Virus record (IMG/VR): IMGVR_UViG_3300026544_000002
Span: 1-64,000 of that record
Reading direction: 5' to 3' (one strand)
Origin: a virus
Length of the DNA: 64,000 nt
Program-made: the position numbers and the translations under genes
Shown here: positions 10,520 through 19,291 of the stretch, one piece after another
Layout of the letters: each line of letters begins with the position of its first letter
Position numbering within the stretch: the stretch's first letter is position 1
The notes under the pieces: generated by a model
The model's database searches: none
Told to the model about the DNA's origin: nothing
Seen by the model: only the letters and a program-made list of their open reading frames with translations

Positions 10520-10754
10520 AGAATATCTTGTTGTTGGTTTTATTAAAGAAGTATATATTATTGATACTATTGATGCTTCTTCAAAAGATGAAGCTCTTGA
10601 TAAAATTAAATTAGGAGATAATGATAAATATATTATAGAAGAAGATCAATTCAATTCTTTTATAAAAAATAAAAAACGAATTAGTAGGGATTGTGAAATT
10701 GATGTTGGTGTTTTGAATAAAGATACTTCACAAATAGAATTCAATGTAGATTGA
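10506..10754 (+). CDS. hypothetical protein
   Basis: ORF with AGGAG before ATG 10512. Confidence 0.6.
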   Translation: MLMSKEYLVVGFIKEVYIIDTIDASSKDEALDKIKLGDNDKYIIEEDQFNSFIKNKKRISRDCEIDVGVLNKDTSQIEFNVD

Positions 10755-10757
10755 CAA

Positions 10758-10955
10758 ATGAATAAAGATAATGAATATGTAAGAAATATTTTTGCTAAAA
10801 ATAATCCGTGTATGTATCATGGAGAAATATTATGTAAAAATTGTAAAACATATTTAGATTGTGATATGGCAGCTGGTAGAGAACTTCATGAATTTTATTT
10901 CATGAGTGGTTTTATTCATGGAATAGAATTTATTAAAAATGAGGAAAATAAATGA
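10758..10955 (+). CDS. hypothetical Cys-rich protein
   Basis: ORF coupled to the downstream gene. Confidence 0.55.
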   Translation: MNKDNEYVRNIFAKNNPCMYHGEILCKNCKTYLDCDMAAGRELHEFYFMSGFIHGIEFIKNEENK

Positions 10956-13615
10956 AGAATATTAATTTCAAAAAAGTATACATGGAAAATTATTGTGGTT
11001 ATATAGAACCTATGGAATTTTTATTTGAAAATTCTAAAATCACTTTGATTTCTGGTAAAAACGGAGTGGGAAAATCTACGGTATTCAGTGTGATTCCATT
11101 TGCACTCTATGGTATCACACAAACTGGACAAACAGCAACAGATGTTTTAAACAACAAAACTGAAAAAAATTGTAAAACAGAATGTTATTTTGCAATTGAC
11201 AATGTTAATTATAAAGCAGTCAGGGGATTAAAATCTCCAAAAGCACAAGTATTTGCTGCTTTATTTATTGATGGTAAAAGAGATCCTATTGCAAAAGGAG
11301 CGAGAGAAGTAACAAATAAAATAGAAGAATTGTTTGTTCCTAAAGAATTGTTTTTTAATACAGTTTTGTTTGGACAAAAAGTAAAATCATTTTTTACAGA
11401 TTTACCAGATTCTAAACAAAAAGAAATATTTAGAAAAATTCTACAATTGGACTCATATGTAGATTATCAAAGAAAATCTTCTGAAAAGATAAATGTGATC
11501 AGTGATGAAATTAGTGACATAGAAAGAATTATTGATAAAATAGATGCTTCTATTGATTCTTTGAGATTCAATATTGAAAAAATAAATAATATCATATCAA
11601 ATAGAACAGTAAATCATAGTGAAATAAAAGCATTTATAGAAAAATTACAAAATGAAAAAAAAATACAAGAAGAATATTTATATAGTTTGGATGAAGAACG
11701 AGAAAATGATCAATTGCAATTATTATTAGATAGAAAAAATAGTCATGAAAATGAATTGGTCAATTTAGAAGCATTGAAAAATAGTAAAATGTCAGAATTA
11801 TCTGCACAAGTTACATCTAAAATAGCACAATTGAAAGAATATCATTCAACTGAGATATCTAAATGTAATAATCAATTGAATGACGAAATAAATAATATAA
11901 AAAATAAATTAAACCAAGAACTAGCTGATATAAATAAAGAAATTAGTGACTTGAGAGAAAATTATTTAATTGAGAAAAACGAATTATCAAACAAACATAA
12001 TAATGCTATAAATAATTTTAATAATTTAATTCAAACAAAAAAAGATGAATTAAGAGATATTAGAGATAAATTTAAAGATGAACTCAATGATATTCTTAAA
12101 AATGATCATAGTCAAGAAACTAAAGAATTAAATCAAGAAACTGAAAATTTTAAGAATATAGAACAATTGATTAATGACAAAATCAATAATCTCAAAAACG
12201 AAATATCTTCATTAGAAAAAGATCTTATTATTCAAAAAAATAAAATAGATAATTCGACAAATAAAATAGAACAATATGAAAAATCTATTGAATTAAAATC
12301 TACTATTTGTCCAACATGTCATCAACCTTGGGATGATGTTTCACATATTCAAAAATCTATAACAAAAGAAAAAGAATTATTGGCAACATTTATAAATATT
12401 GAGAAAGATATTCAATCAGAAATTACCAAATATAAACAACAGATAGATAATAATACAAATGATCTTAAAAAAGATATTGATGCATTTAAAATTTGTTTGG
12501 ATAATATTAGAGAAAAATATGTAAATGTTAGAAATATTCATTCTGATAAAATTATAGAATTAGAACAACAACAAAATTTGGAATATGAAAGTATTTTAAA
12601 TAAATTAATATCTGATAAAATTATAGAAGAAGAATCTTATAAAACATTATTATCTGAATTAGACAATAAATATACAAAATTAGCTGACGAACAAAAACAA
12701 TTAAAAATTGATACAGAATATAAATTCGGTGAAATGATAAATATAAATGAATCAGATAATAAAAATTTAATTGATAATTTAGATAATAGATTAAATATTG
12801 CTATTGAAACGGTATCATCAAAAGAAGCTGAGAGTAAAATAGTTATTTCTAAAGAATTTGATGATAAAGAAAAAGAATTAAAAGATAGAATACAAAATTT
12901 TGAAGATAATATTGTTAGTGTAAAACACAAAATAGCAGTAATTGAAAGTCATAAAAATAAAATAAAACAAACTGATGATGAAATTAATTATGCTAATAAA
13001 GAATTAAAACAATGTGAAGAAGATATACAAAATAATAAAAATATTATTAAAGAAACAAATGATGAAATAACACAAAAATATAACCATAAAGCAGAATTTG
13101 AAAATAATATAAAAGATTCAAAAGAAAAACAAAAAGTATGTAAATTTTGGAAAGAAGCATTTTCATCATCTGGTATTCCATCTATGTTAATTGATGAATC
13201 AATACCTTTCATGAATAGACAAATTTCAGATTATTTGGAACAGATGTCAAATGGGAGATATATTGTTACTTTCGATACACTCCACGAAACAAAAAAAGGA
13301 GAATTTAGAGATAAAATAAGTATTAATGTATATGATGCAGAAACACATTCTAATTCCAGAGTAAATCTATCTGGTGGCCAAACCAAATTAATTGACATCG
13401 CAACTATTTTGACATTATCAGATTTACAGGAAAGTGTTCAAAAATTTAAAACTAATATTTTATTATTTGATGAAATTTTTGATGCACTGGATGATGAAAA
13501 TATATCTAATGTTTCAAATATGTTACGAAGAATATTGATAGATAAATCAATCAATATTATTACTCATAGACATATTGATCAAGTAGAAGCTGATGCAATA
13601 TATAATTTTGGATGA
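10952..13615 (+). CDS. Rad50/SbcC-like ATPase (T4 gp46-like)
   Basis: Walker A GKNGVGKS, long coiled coil with CPTC zinc hook, LSGGQ signature, FDEIFDALD, ITH. Confidence 0.93.
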   Translation: MKNINFKKVYMENYCGYIEPMEFLFENSKITLISGKNGVGKSTVFSVIPFALYGITQTGQTATDVLNNKTEKNCKTECYFAIDNVNYKAVRGLKSPKAQVFAALFIDGKRDPIAKGAREVTNKIEELFVPKELFFNTVLFGQKVKSFFTDLPDSKQKEIFRKILQLDSYVDYQRKSSEKINVISDEISDIERIIDKIDASIDSLRFNIEKINNIISNRTVNHSEIKAFIEKLQNEKKIQEEYLYSLDEERENDQLQLLLDRKNSHENELVNLEALKNSKMSELSAQVTSKIAQLKEYHSTEISKCNNQLNDEINNIKNKLNQELADINKEISDLRENYLIEKNELSNKHNNAINNFNNLIQTKKDELRDIRDKFKDELNDILKNDHSQETKELNQETENFKNIEQLINDKINNLKNEISSLEKDLIIQKNKIDNSTNKIEQYEKSIELKSTICPTCHQPWDDVSHIQKSITKEKELLATFINIEKDIQSEITKYKQQIDNNTNDLKKDIDAFKICLDNIREKYVNVRNIHSDKIIELEQQQNLEYESILNKLISDKIIEEESYKTLLSELDNKYTKLADEQKQLKIDTEYKFGEMININESDNKNLIDNLDNRLNIAIETVSSKEAESKIVISKEFDDKEKELKDRIQNFEDNIVSVKHKIAVIESHKNKIKQTDDEINYANKELKQCEEDIQNNKNIIKETNDEITQKYNHKAEFENNIKDSKEKQKVCKFWKEAFSSSGIPSMLIDESIPFMNRQISDYLEQMSNGRYIVTFDTLHETKKGEFRDKISINVYDAETHSNSRVNLSGGQTKLIDIATILTLSDLQESVQKFKTNILLFDEIFDALDDENISNVSNMLRRILIDKSINIITHRHIDQVEADAIYNFG

Positions 13616-13926
13616 AAGGTTTGATAATGAATAAGAAAATTATTTATGTTTTGACAGTATATTATAAATATAGTATGTTGGACATGTCTTTTGATTTTAG
13701 AATCAAAGGAAATATTACATATCGGAATAAAAAATATGCTATTGATGCAATGAAAACACATGATGGTCCTGAATTTCATTATACATATTTTGAAAGACCA
13801 AGTGAAATTATGATAGAAATATTACGTTCAATATCATCAAAATTGTTATCTGTTATAGATGAAGATTTGTATAGAAACGGACCTGTTCAAAATAAGGAGT
13901 ATACTGGTGAAATTGAAATTGAATAA
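13612..13926 (+). CDS. hypothetical protein
   Basis: ATGA-coupled ORF. Confidence 0.55.
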   Translation: MKGLIMNKKIIYVLTVYYKYSMLDMSFDFRIKGNITYRNKKYAIDAMKTHDGPEFHYTYFERPSEIMIEILRSISSKLLSVIDEDLYRNGPVQNKEYTGEIEIE

Positions 13927-14926
13927 TAAAATTCAATTAGTAAATTGGATTTTGACAAGAAAATGTAATTTAGAATGTGATTATTGTGGTATTGTTAGAA
14001 ATAGTAATGAAACAATATATCCCAATATTAATTATTATAATTCTTTTCAAATGAATTATAATTATGTCATAGAATCATTAGAACAATTTAAACAATATTT
14101 ACCAGATTGTTTTCATATTTTTTATGGGGGAGAACCATTTATGTTTCCTCATTTAGATAAAGTTATTCAATATTGTAATGATAATAATATTTGGTACACT
14201 ATTATAACAAATAATTCTAAAAAAATTCAACCTAAAATAATAAAAGTATTAGACAAAGTTGGATTGTTTAGAGGATTAACAGCTAGTATTGATCCTATTA
14301 TTTATGATCCGATTTTTCATCCATCTAAAAAAGATAGAAGAGAAAAAAGTTTAGCTGGTTTGGAAAATTTAATTTCTATTTCTGATAGAGTAGATGATAT
14401 GATGGCTGAAATTACTATTGATAAAAGTAATTTGGAGTATATTTATCAATTAGTAGAAAAATTGACAAAACATAAAATTTGGTCAAGTATTACATTTGTG
14501 GATATTAAGAAATCAAGATATTATGATTTTTCAAATGTTACTGATATAAATGAATTAGTTGATGATACACAAGCATTGAGAAGTGTTTGTGCGAAAATGA
14601 TAGATGATGGTTTATGGATTCATATGGGAGAAGAATTATTAGATAGGACATTGAATATTCTTCCATCTACATTTAATTGTGAATTAGAAAATTATATGCA
14701 CAATTTAACAATAGATGCAGATGGTAGTATTCGTTTGTGTTTAAGAATAAAAGGAAAATACACATCAGATTATTATGTAAAAGATTTCTTTAATGATTTT
14801 GAAAATATTCATAATGCAATGATTGTAGATAAAAAAGAATATTGTAAATTATGTAATTGGACCTGTCCTATTATGAGCAAATTAGCAGTTGAAGAGGATA
14901 TGACAAAAGATATTTTACATATATAA
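13907..14926 (+). CDS. radical SAM protein with C-terminal Twitch/SPASM-like Cys cluster
   Basis: CNLECDYC (CxxxCxxC), GGEP, ITN; C-terminal FNC…IDADGSIRLC…CKLCNWTC; AAGGAG precedes in-frame GTG 13907. Confidence 0.85.
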   Translation: MKLKLNNKIQLVNWILTRKCNLECDYCGIVRNSNETIYPNINYYNSFQMNYNYVIESLEQFKQYLPDCFHIFYGGEPFMFPHLDKVIQYCNDNNIWYTIITNNSKKIQPKIIKVLDKVGLFRGLTASIDPIIYDPIFHPSKKDRREKSLAGLENLISISDRVDDMMAEITIDKSNLEYIYQLVEKLTKHKIWSSITFVDIKKSRYYDFSNVTDINELVDDTQALRSVCAKMIDDGLWIHMGEELLDRTLNILPSTFNCELENYMHNLTIDADGSIRLCLRIKGKYTSDYYVKDFFNDFENIHNAMIVDKKEYCKLCNWTCPIMSKLAVEEDMTKDILHI

Positions 14927-14992
14927 AATCATAATTTATCACAATCATTATATATATCAAATATTACTATTGAGAAATTTGATAGTAATATT

Positions 14993-15069
14993 GGGCCTTT
15001 AGCTTAGTTGGTTAAAGCCTCCCGCTCATAACGGGAAGATCCTGTGTTCGATTCACAGAGGGCCCACCA
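14993..15069 (+). tRNA. tRNA with CAU anticodon, most likely tRNA-Ile2 (lysidine type)
   Basis: GGGCCTT/AGGGCCC acceptor stem with paired G1-C72 (not initiator), C4-G69 and C5-G68, TCCCG-CT-CAT-AA-CGGGA, CCA end. Confidence 0.9.
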
Positions 15070-15177
15070 TTTTTTAAAAAACAAAGGATTGTTATGATTA
15101 TATTGTTTTATATTTATTCTGTTTTATAATATTTGTAAACAAAAAGAAAAATTAAGAAAAAAATGTAGGTAATAATT

Positions 15178-15435
15178 ATGTATTATGGTCTATTTAGAGT
15201 TATCCATGATGATTTTCGTTGTGAAGAATTAATTTGTGTTTCAAAAGATATAGAGGAATTAAAAACTTTATTTAAAAACGAATATAAAAAATATTATGAT
15301 TTGTTACCATATGATATATCGAAAGAAGTTGAAACGAATCATTATATCATACGTAAATGTAAAATTTGTTTAAAGGAGATTATTAATGGCGACAACAGAA
15401 AGTTTGGTAAAACAAGCAGAACAAAATTGCCTTAA
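15178..15435 (+). CDS. hypothetical protein
   Basis: ORF with AGGT RBS; overlaps the next gene by 50 nt. Confidence 0.45.
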   Translation: MYYGLFRVIHDDFRCEELICVSKDIEELKTLFKNEYKKYYDLLPYDISKEVETNHYIIRKCKICLKEIINGDNRKFGKTSRTKLP

Positions 15436-15811
15436 TGTGGCAAAAGATTTACAAGAATTATTGAATATTATCGATGCATTATCACGAGCTGGTTCAAATA
15501 TGTTCGATGCTTCATATAATCAAAATAATGATTTAAATGATTTTTCAAAAGGGATTGGTTTAATCAGAAAAGCTATTTATACAAAATATACTCATAGTAT
15601 TATGAATTGTTTTATGTTTACTGGTGTTGGTGGCGAAGAAGCAATCGAATTTGCATATGAACAATTCGTAGAAAGATTCGGAGAAGATAAATATATTATC
15701 ATGAATTTGTTAAATAGATATGGAAATATCCCTCCTAGATGGAATTGTGATGATGAAGAAAATTTTAGAAAAGAAGCTAAAAAATTAATCAATAATAAAA
15801 AGAAAAAATAA
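15386..15811 (+). CDS. hypothetical protein
   Basis: AAGGAG RBS. Confidence 0.75.
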   Translation: MATTESLVKQAEQNCLNVAKDLQELLNIIDALSRAGSNMFDASYNQNNDLNDFSKGIGLIRKAIYTKYTHSIMNCFMFTGVGGEEAIEFAYEQFVERFGEDKYIIMNLLNRYGNIPPRWNCDDEENFRKEAKKLINNKKKK

Positions 15812-15832
15812 AATATAATAAGGAGAAACAAA

Positions 15833-16168
15833 ATGGCTGAACAATTAGAAAATGCAATTGATTTTTTAGAAATGCTAACAGATGATGAATATGTAAAAGT
15901 ATTTTTTGTAAAAAAGAATGGTGAAAAAAGATTGATGAAAGCAACTCTTAATTTCAAACATATTCCAAAAGAATTTCATCCGAAGGGGTTTAATTTAAAA
16001 GGTATTTTGAAAAAGATCAAATCATCAAATGTATTATCAGTATTTGATTTAGAAAAAATGGCATGGCGATCAATAAAATTAGATACTGTTATTAGTGTTG
16101 TTTCGGCTAAAAATAAAGTGCTTGAATTTAAAATAAGTATGAATCAGTTTCATAATATCGGAGTCTAG
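15833..16168 (+). CDS. WYL_2/Sm-like SH3 beta-barrel protein (DUF2693-like)
   Basis: VFFVKKNGEKRLMKATL…VFDLEKMAWRSI pattern. Confidence 0.75.
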   Translation: MAEQLENAIDFLEMLTDDEYVKVFFVKKNGEKRLMKATLNFKHIPKEFHPKGFNLKGILKKIKSSNVLSVFDLEKMAWRSIKLDTVISVVSAKNKVLEFKISMNQFHNIGV

Positions 16169-16170
16169 AA

Positions 16171-16545
16171 ATGGTAATCATTGAGACCACAGAAAGATTG
16201 TATAAACAATATACTTCTACTGTTTTAGCTGAAAAAGAAGATGAAGAATCATTGGTTTCTTCATTTGATTTCTTTGATGAAGATTTGATTGATAAAGACG
16301 ATAGAAATAATTATTTCTTTGTTGAAGATACTATTATCAGATTTTATAAAGCAACATTGTCAGCTGATGCAGATGAAGAAGATGAAGAAATTCTTCAATG
16401 TTTGAAGGATTTTGCAAAATCTGATTCGCCTGAATTACGATATTGGTTCAAAGATTTACCAAAAGGTAATTGTATTTTAAAGACTTCGTGGGAAATAATA
16501 GAATCAGAAAATGTTAAAGTATTAATATATGATGGGTGGTTGTAA
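16171..16545 (+). CDS. hypothetical acidic protein
   Basis: GGAG RBS, tight packing. Confidence 0.65.
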   Translation: MVIIETTERLYKQYTSTVLAEKEDEESLVSSFDFFDEDLIDKDDRNNYFFVEDTIIRFYKATLSADADEEDEEILQCLKDFAKSDSPELRYWFKDLPKGNCILKTSWEIIESENVKVLIYDGWL

Positions 16546-18837
16546 ATGCCTATCGATTTTTCTAAAATAAGAAAAAATTTAGAGTTAACTGATACCACTG
16601 CACCCGATAGTTCGATGAAAAATGAATCAAAAGTTTTTTCATTTTTAGAATATAAAATTTTAGATGATAGTTTGACTGAATATACTGGATATATATCTAA
16701 AATTATTTTCCAATCTCCTAAAGGTGATTACATGGTTGCTATTTTTAATCCAAAAGATTATGATGAAACTATGAAAATAACCTGTCAATATGTTACAAAC
16801 ACAGAATCGGATATAACTATTTTTGGAGAATGGGAAGAATCTGAAAAATGGGGAAAACAATTTAATTCAACAAAATTTGCAATGGATTTGGATTTGAGTA
16901 AAAATGGATTATTAAAGTTTTTGATTAAATCATCTAATATTGTAGGTATTGGAGAAGCAAAAGCAAAAAAAATAGTAAATAATTATGGTGATAATTTTGA
17001 AAAATTTATGGAAACAGAAACATATATATTATCACAAGAATTATCTATCAATGAAGATATCATTGATAATCTAAAACATGTATGGATTACCCATAAATCA
17101 ACTAATCAAATAGCTGTTAATTTATCAGAATTTCCATTATCACAAAATCATATAATGGAATTAGTTAGATTATATGGACCTGCTGCTATTGAAAAAATTA
17201 GAGAAAATCCATATTTTTTAATCACTGTTCTTCCTTCATTTGGATTTAAAAGAGCAGATGAAATAGCAATGCAAAATGGAATTGATCCAAATAGTTCTAT
17301 ACGAAAACAAGCATGTTTAGATTATTTATTAATGTCTACAGAAAATAGTGGAAATTGTTGGATAGATTATGATTTTCTTATAGATAAAATGAAAAAAGAA
17401 TTATCAGATGTTTCGTATGAAAGTATTCGATATTTTTTAGATGATCAATATGATACCGATACAGTCAAAAAATTTGAAGATGATGGTATTATTAAATTGT
17501 CATCTGTGAATATATTTGACAAAGAAAAATATATAATTAATTATATTATAGAAAATTCTGATTATGTAGAAGAATTTGATTATTTCAAAGGTGGTGTTAG
17601 TGCAGAAGATTTAGAATCATTGAATGAAGATCAAAAAAAAGCTGTAACAAATTCAATGAATTATACTTTTTCTGTTATAACCGGAAAAGCGGGAACTGGG
17701 AAAACATTTGTTATTTCAAAAATTGTTGAAATATTTAGAAGAATAGGAATGGAAGTAGCGTGTGCTGCTCCAACTGGAAAAGCAGCTAGACGTATGGAAG
17801 AAGTAACATGTTATCCTGCTTCTACAATACATAGATTGTTGAAATCAAATGGAGAATTTTTCGAATATAATGAAACAAATAAAATGGAAGATTATGATGT
17901 AATAATTATTGATGAATTTTCTATGGTGAGTATTCCATTAGGGTATCATCTATTTGCAGCATTGCCTAAAAATACAAAAGTGATTATTGTTGGTGATCAT
18001 AATCAATTAACAGCCATCGGAGCTGGTAATATATTCAATGATATTTTAGAATATAATAAAAAATCTAATGAAAAAGTAAAATTCAGAGTATCAGAATTAT
18101 CAAAAGTGGTTCGACAGGCTGGGGATTTGAAGAAAAATTCTGTTGCTATATTAGATGGACAAATTTCTCATGTAAATACAGATGATTGGAGAACTTCTTT
18201 CACAGATCAATTTGAAGATGATTATAAATTATCTTCTTTCGTTGTTGATTTGATGATTAATTCTGATAAATATACTGGATATCCATTGAAAGATGTTCAA
18301 TTGATAATTCCAATGAAAAAAGAAACATTAGAATTATCAACATTTAAAATGAATAAATTATTACAAAAAGCTATTCAATATAAAAAATATGGTAATTTAA
18401 TTGAAATTACTAAATATCAAGATATTTTATATAAGCACGATAAAGTTATGCAAATAAAAAATGATTATGAAATAGAAGTCATGAATGGAACGATTGGAAA
18501 TGTTTCATATATAAGTAGTGATGGTAATATCACAATTGATTTTGAAGGAGGGGTTTCTATTACATATTCGAAAGGGGATGTTAGATTAAATAATGTTGTT
18601 TTAGCATATGCAATGACAACTCATAAAACACAAGGATCTGAATATCCTTGTGTTGTATTTGTGATGCATAATTCACATTATAATATGTTAAATAGAAATC
18701 TTCTTTATACCGCAGTTACAAGAGCAAAAGAAAAAGTAATGATTTTTGGTGATCGTCGTTCTATTGCAATTGCATTGAGTAGAGATGATACATCTGATAA
18801 AAAAACAAATTTTGATTATCATATGATTCAATATTAA
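16546..18837 (+). CDS. RecD2-like SF1B helicase
   Basis: N-terminal OB/HhH (GIGEAKA, ENPY, GFKRAD), GKAGTGKT, APTGKAA, TIHRLL, DEFSM, GDHNQL, THKTQGSEY, YTAVTRAK. Confidence 0.93.
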   Translation: MPIDFSKIRKNLELTDTTAPDSSMKNESKVFSFLEYKILDDSLTEYTGYISKIIFQSPKGDYMVAIFNPKDYDETMKITCQYVTNTESDITIFGEWEESEKWGKQFNSTKFAMDLDLSKNGLLKFLIKSSNIVGIGEAKAKKIVNNYGDNFEKFMETETYILSQELSINEDIIDNLKHVWITHKSTNQIAVNLSEFPLSQNHIMELVRLYGPAAIEKIRENPYFLITVLPSFGFKRADEIAMQNGIDPNSSIRKQACLDYLLMSTENSGNCWIDYDFLIDKMKKELSDVSYESIRYFLDDQYDTDTVKKFEDDGIIKLSSVNIFDKEKYIINYIIENSDYVEEFDYFKGGVSAEDLESLNEDQKKAVTNSMNYTFSVITGKAGTGKTFVISKIVEIFRRIGMEVACAAPTGKAARRMEEVTCYPASTIHRLLKSNGEFFEYNETNKMEDYDVIIIDEFSMVSIPLGYHLFAALPKNTKVIIVGDHNQLTAIGAGNIFNDILEYNKKSNEKVKFRVSELSKVVRQAGDLKKNSVAILDGQISHVNTDDWRTSFTDQFEDDYKLSSFVVDLMINSDKYTGYPLKDVQLIIPMKKETLELSTFKMNKLLQKAIQYKKYGNLIEITKYQDILYKHDKVMQIKNDYEIEVMNGTIGNVSYISSDGNITIDFEGGVSITYSKGDVRLNNVVLAYAMTTHKTQGSEYPCVVFVMHNSHYNMLNRNLLYTAVTRAKEKVMIFGDRRSIAIALSRDDTSDKKTNFDYHMIQY

Positions 18838-18840
18838 AAT

Positions 18841-18888
18841 AAAAATAGCCCCCATTATTTTTAACAATAGATAATGGGGGCTATTTTT
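18841..18888 (+). terminator. intrinsic terminator (bidirectional-looking)
   Basis: AAAAATAGCCCCCATTAT…ATAATGGGGGCTATTTTT inverted repeat. Confidence 0.85.
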
Positions 18889-18943
18889 ACGTTCAGATAA
18901 AGAGGTATGAAATGAAATATAAAAAAAGTAAAAGACAATCGAT

Positions 18944-19282
18944 ATGAAATATTGGTTAGGAATTTCTAAATTTTCAACGAGTAAAAATAGAATAAATATA
19001 ACTTCTGAGGATGGTTTTCATATAGTTATATATTTAATAGATGGCGAAAAATTTTTATATAACAAATGCGAATCTACATTGAAATTACAATCAAAAGAAA
19101 TATTTATAACAAAAACAAAAGGTAGTGGACAAACAAAATCTATAATGGGTTTCGCTTCTTTTATGTCTAATATTGGGTTATTGTTAAAAAAACATATTAT
19201 AAATAAAAAAATAAAAAAATATGATTTGAATAATTTTTATGAAAATATTTTCAATATTATAAAACAAATTTTGGAGGAATAA
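18944..19282 (+). CDS. hypothetical protein, first gene of the Ubl-system operon
   Basis: ORF between the terminator and the E2-like gene. Confidence 0.6.
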   Translation: MKYWLGISKFSTSKNRINITSEDGFHIVIYLIDGEKFLYNKCESTLKLQSKEIFITKTKGSGQTKSIMGFASFMSNIGLLLKKHIINKKIKKYDLNNFYENIFNIIKQILEE

Positions 19283-19291
19283 TATAAGAGA

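Noticed and set aside
11500-13100. Low-complexity K/E/N-rich stretch as a DNA repeat
   Set aside because: Explained by the Rad50 coiled coil
13907-14926. Radical SAM protein as QueE or NrdG
   Set aside because: Lacks the QueE/NrdG N-terminal pattern, is longer, and carries a Twitch/SPASM-like Cys cluster
14993-15069. Initiator tRNA-fMet
   Set aside because: G1-C72 is paired and the anticodon stem lacks three consecutive G-C pairs
18907-18947. Mini-ORFs (MK*, MKYKKSKRQSI*) behind a GAGGT RBS upstream of ORF 18944 as a regulatory leader
   Set aside because: Too short to distinguish from chance in AT-rich DNA, although the ATGA overlap could simply provide translational coupling
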